NCBI GenBank assembly: GCA_030704615.1
Contig: CM060731.1
Span: forward strand, 71,114,001-71,178,000
Source: Takakia lepidozioides
Lineage: Eukaryota; Plantae; Bryophyta
Direction: 5' to 3'
Length of the DNA stretch: 64,000 bases
The first letter of the stretch is position 1, and each line of letters begins with the position of its first letter. The position numbers were made by a program, and so were the translations under genes. The notes beneath the pieces are model-generated. The model searched no databases. It saw only the letters and a program-made list of their open reading frames with translations, and was not told the origin of the DNA. Shown here piece after piece: positions 63,723 through 64,000 of this stretch.

Positions 63723-64000
63723 CCTGGGACATGAACAACCAGATGTGACAGGCATCTGGTGGGATCATGGTGGTTGGACCATTAAAGAATTTGAAGTGAA
63801 TCAAATTCCCTGTGGAACGAAGGAAGAATGATTGTCCAAACAATTCTTTCAAAGGTTCTTGGAATTGCCAGACGGTTGTAAAGAAAATATTCTTAAACGA
63901 GTGCATGATGCTGATCCAGAATGGGGTCTGGAGAAAGGGTGATAAAGATTTATCAGGTAGCCTGTAGAGGAAGAGCACGTTGGTTACCAACATTGGTTTA

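Overview
Eukaryotic nuclear DNA from a land plant, probably a non-seed plant (inferred from short GT-AG introns and a PLS-DYW PPR editing factor). Bases ~1-16,300 are an ordinary compact gene island: adenylate kinase (-), a DYW-type PPR protein (+), REX4 exonuclease (+) and an EDR2-like DUF1336 gene (-). Bases ~16,300-64,000 are a nest of transposable elements. An L1-type LINE is cut at 22,922 by a large CACTA/EnSpm element, which carries an apparently intact TnpD, two TnpA-like genes (one containing an FCP1/NIF phosphatase domain) and PPR gene fragments. Further right are RTE-X-like LINE pieces, hAT-like and MULE-like non-autonomous elements, a Penelope-like RT, a solo LTR with a 5-bp TSD, and a 5' LTR plus PBS of the same family. 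The standout is a ~9.5-kb cassette (44,253-53,725) sitting inside the Penelope-like RT. It holds a spliced gene with a ParB/Srx-like motif (WDGNHRLLA) and a beta-class N6-A/N4-C DNA methyltransferase-like domain (motif IV-like MIILDIPDG, then motif I VLDLICGTG). The gene is flanked and punctuated by ~25 copies of a 22-bp palindrome, GGAAATGCGG-YR-CCGCATTTCC, and twelve of these are spaced exactly 53 bp apart. A divergent pair of paralogous unknown genes lies beside it. This resembles a ParB/parS-plus-methylase module inside a plant mobile element. All domain calls are motif recognition by eye; no searches were run, and function is inference. This copy of the gene carries stops and frameshifts.
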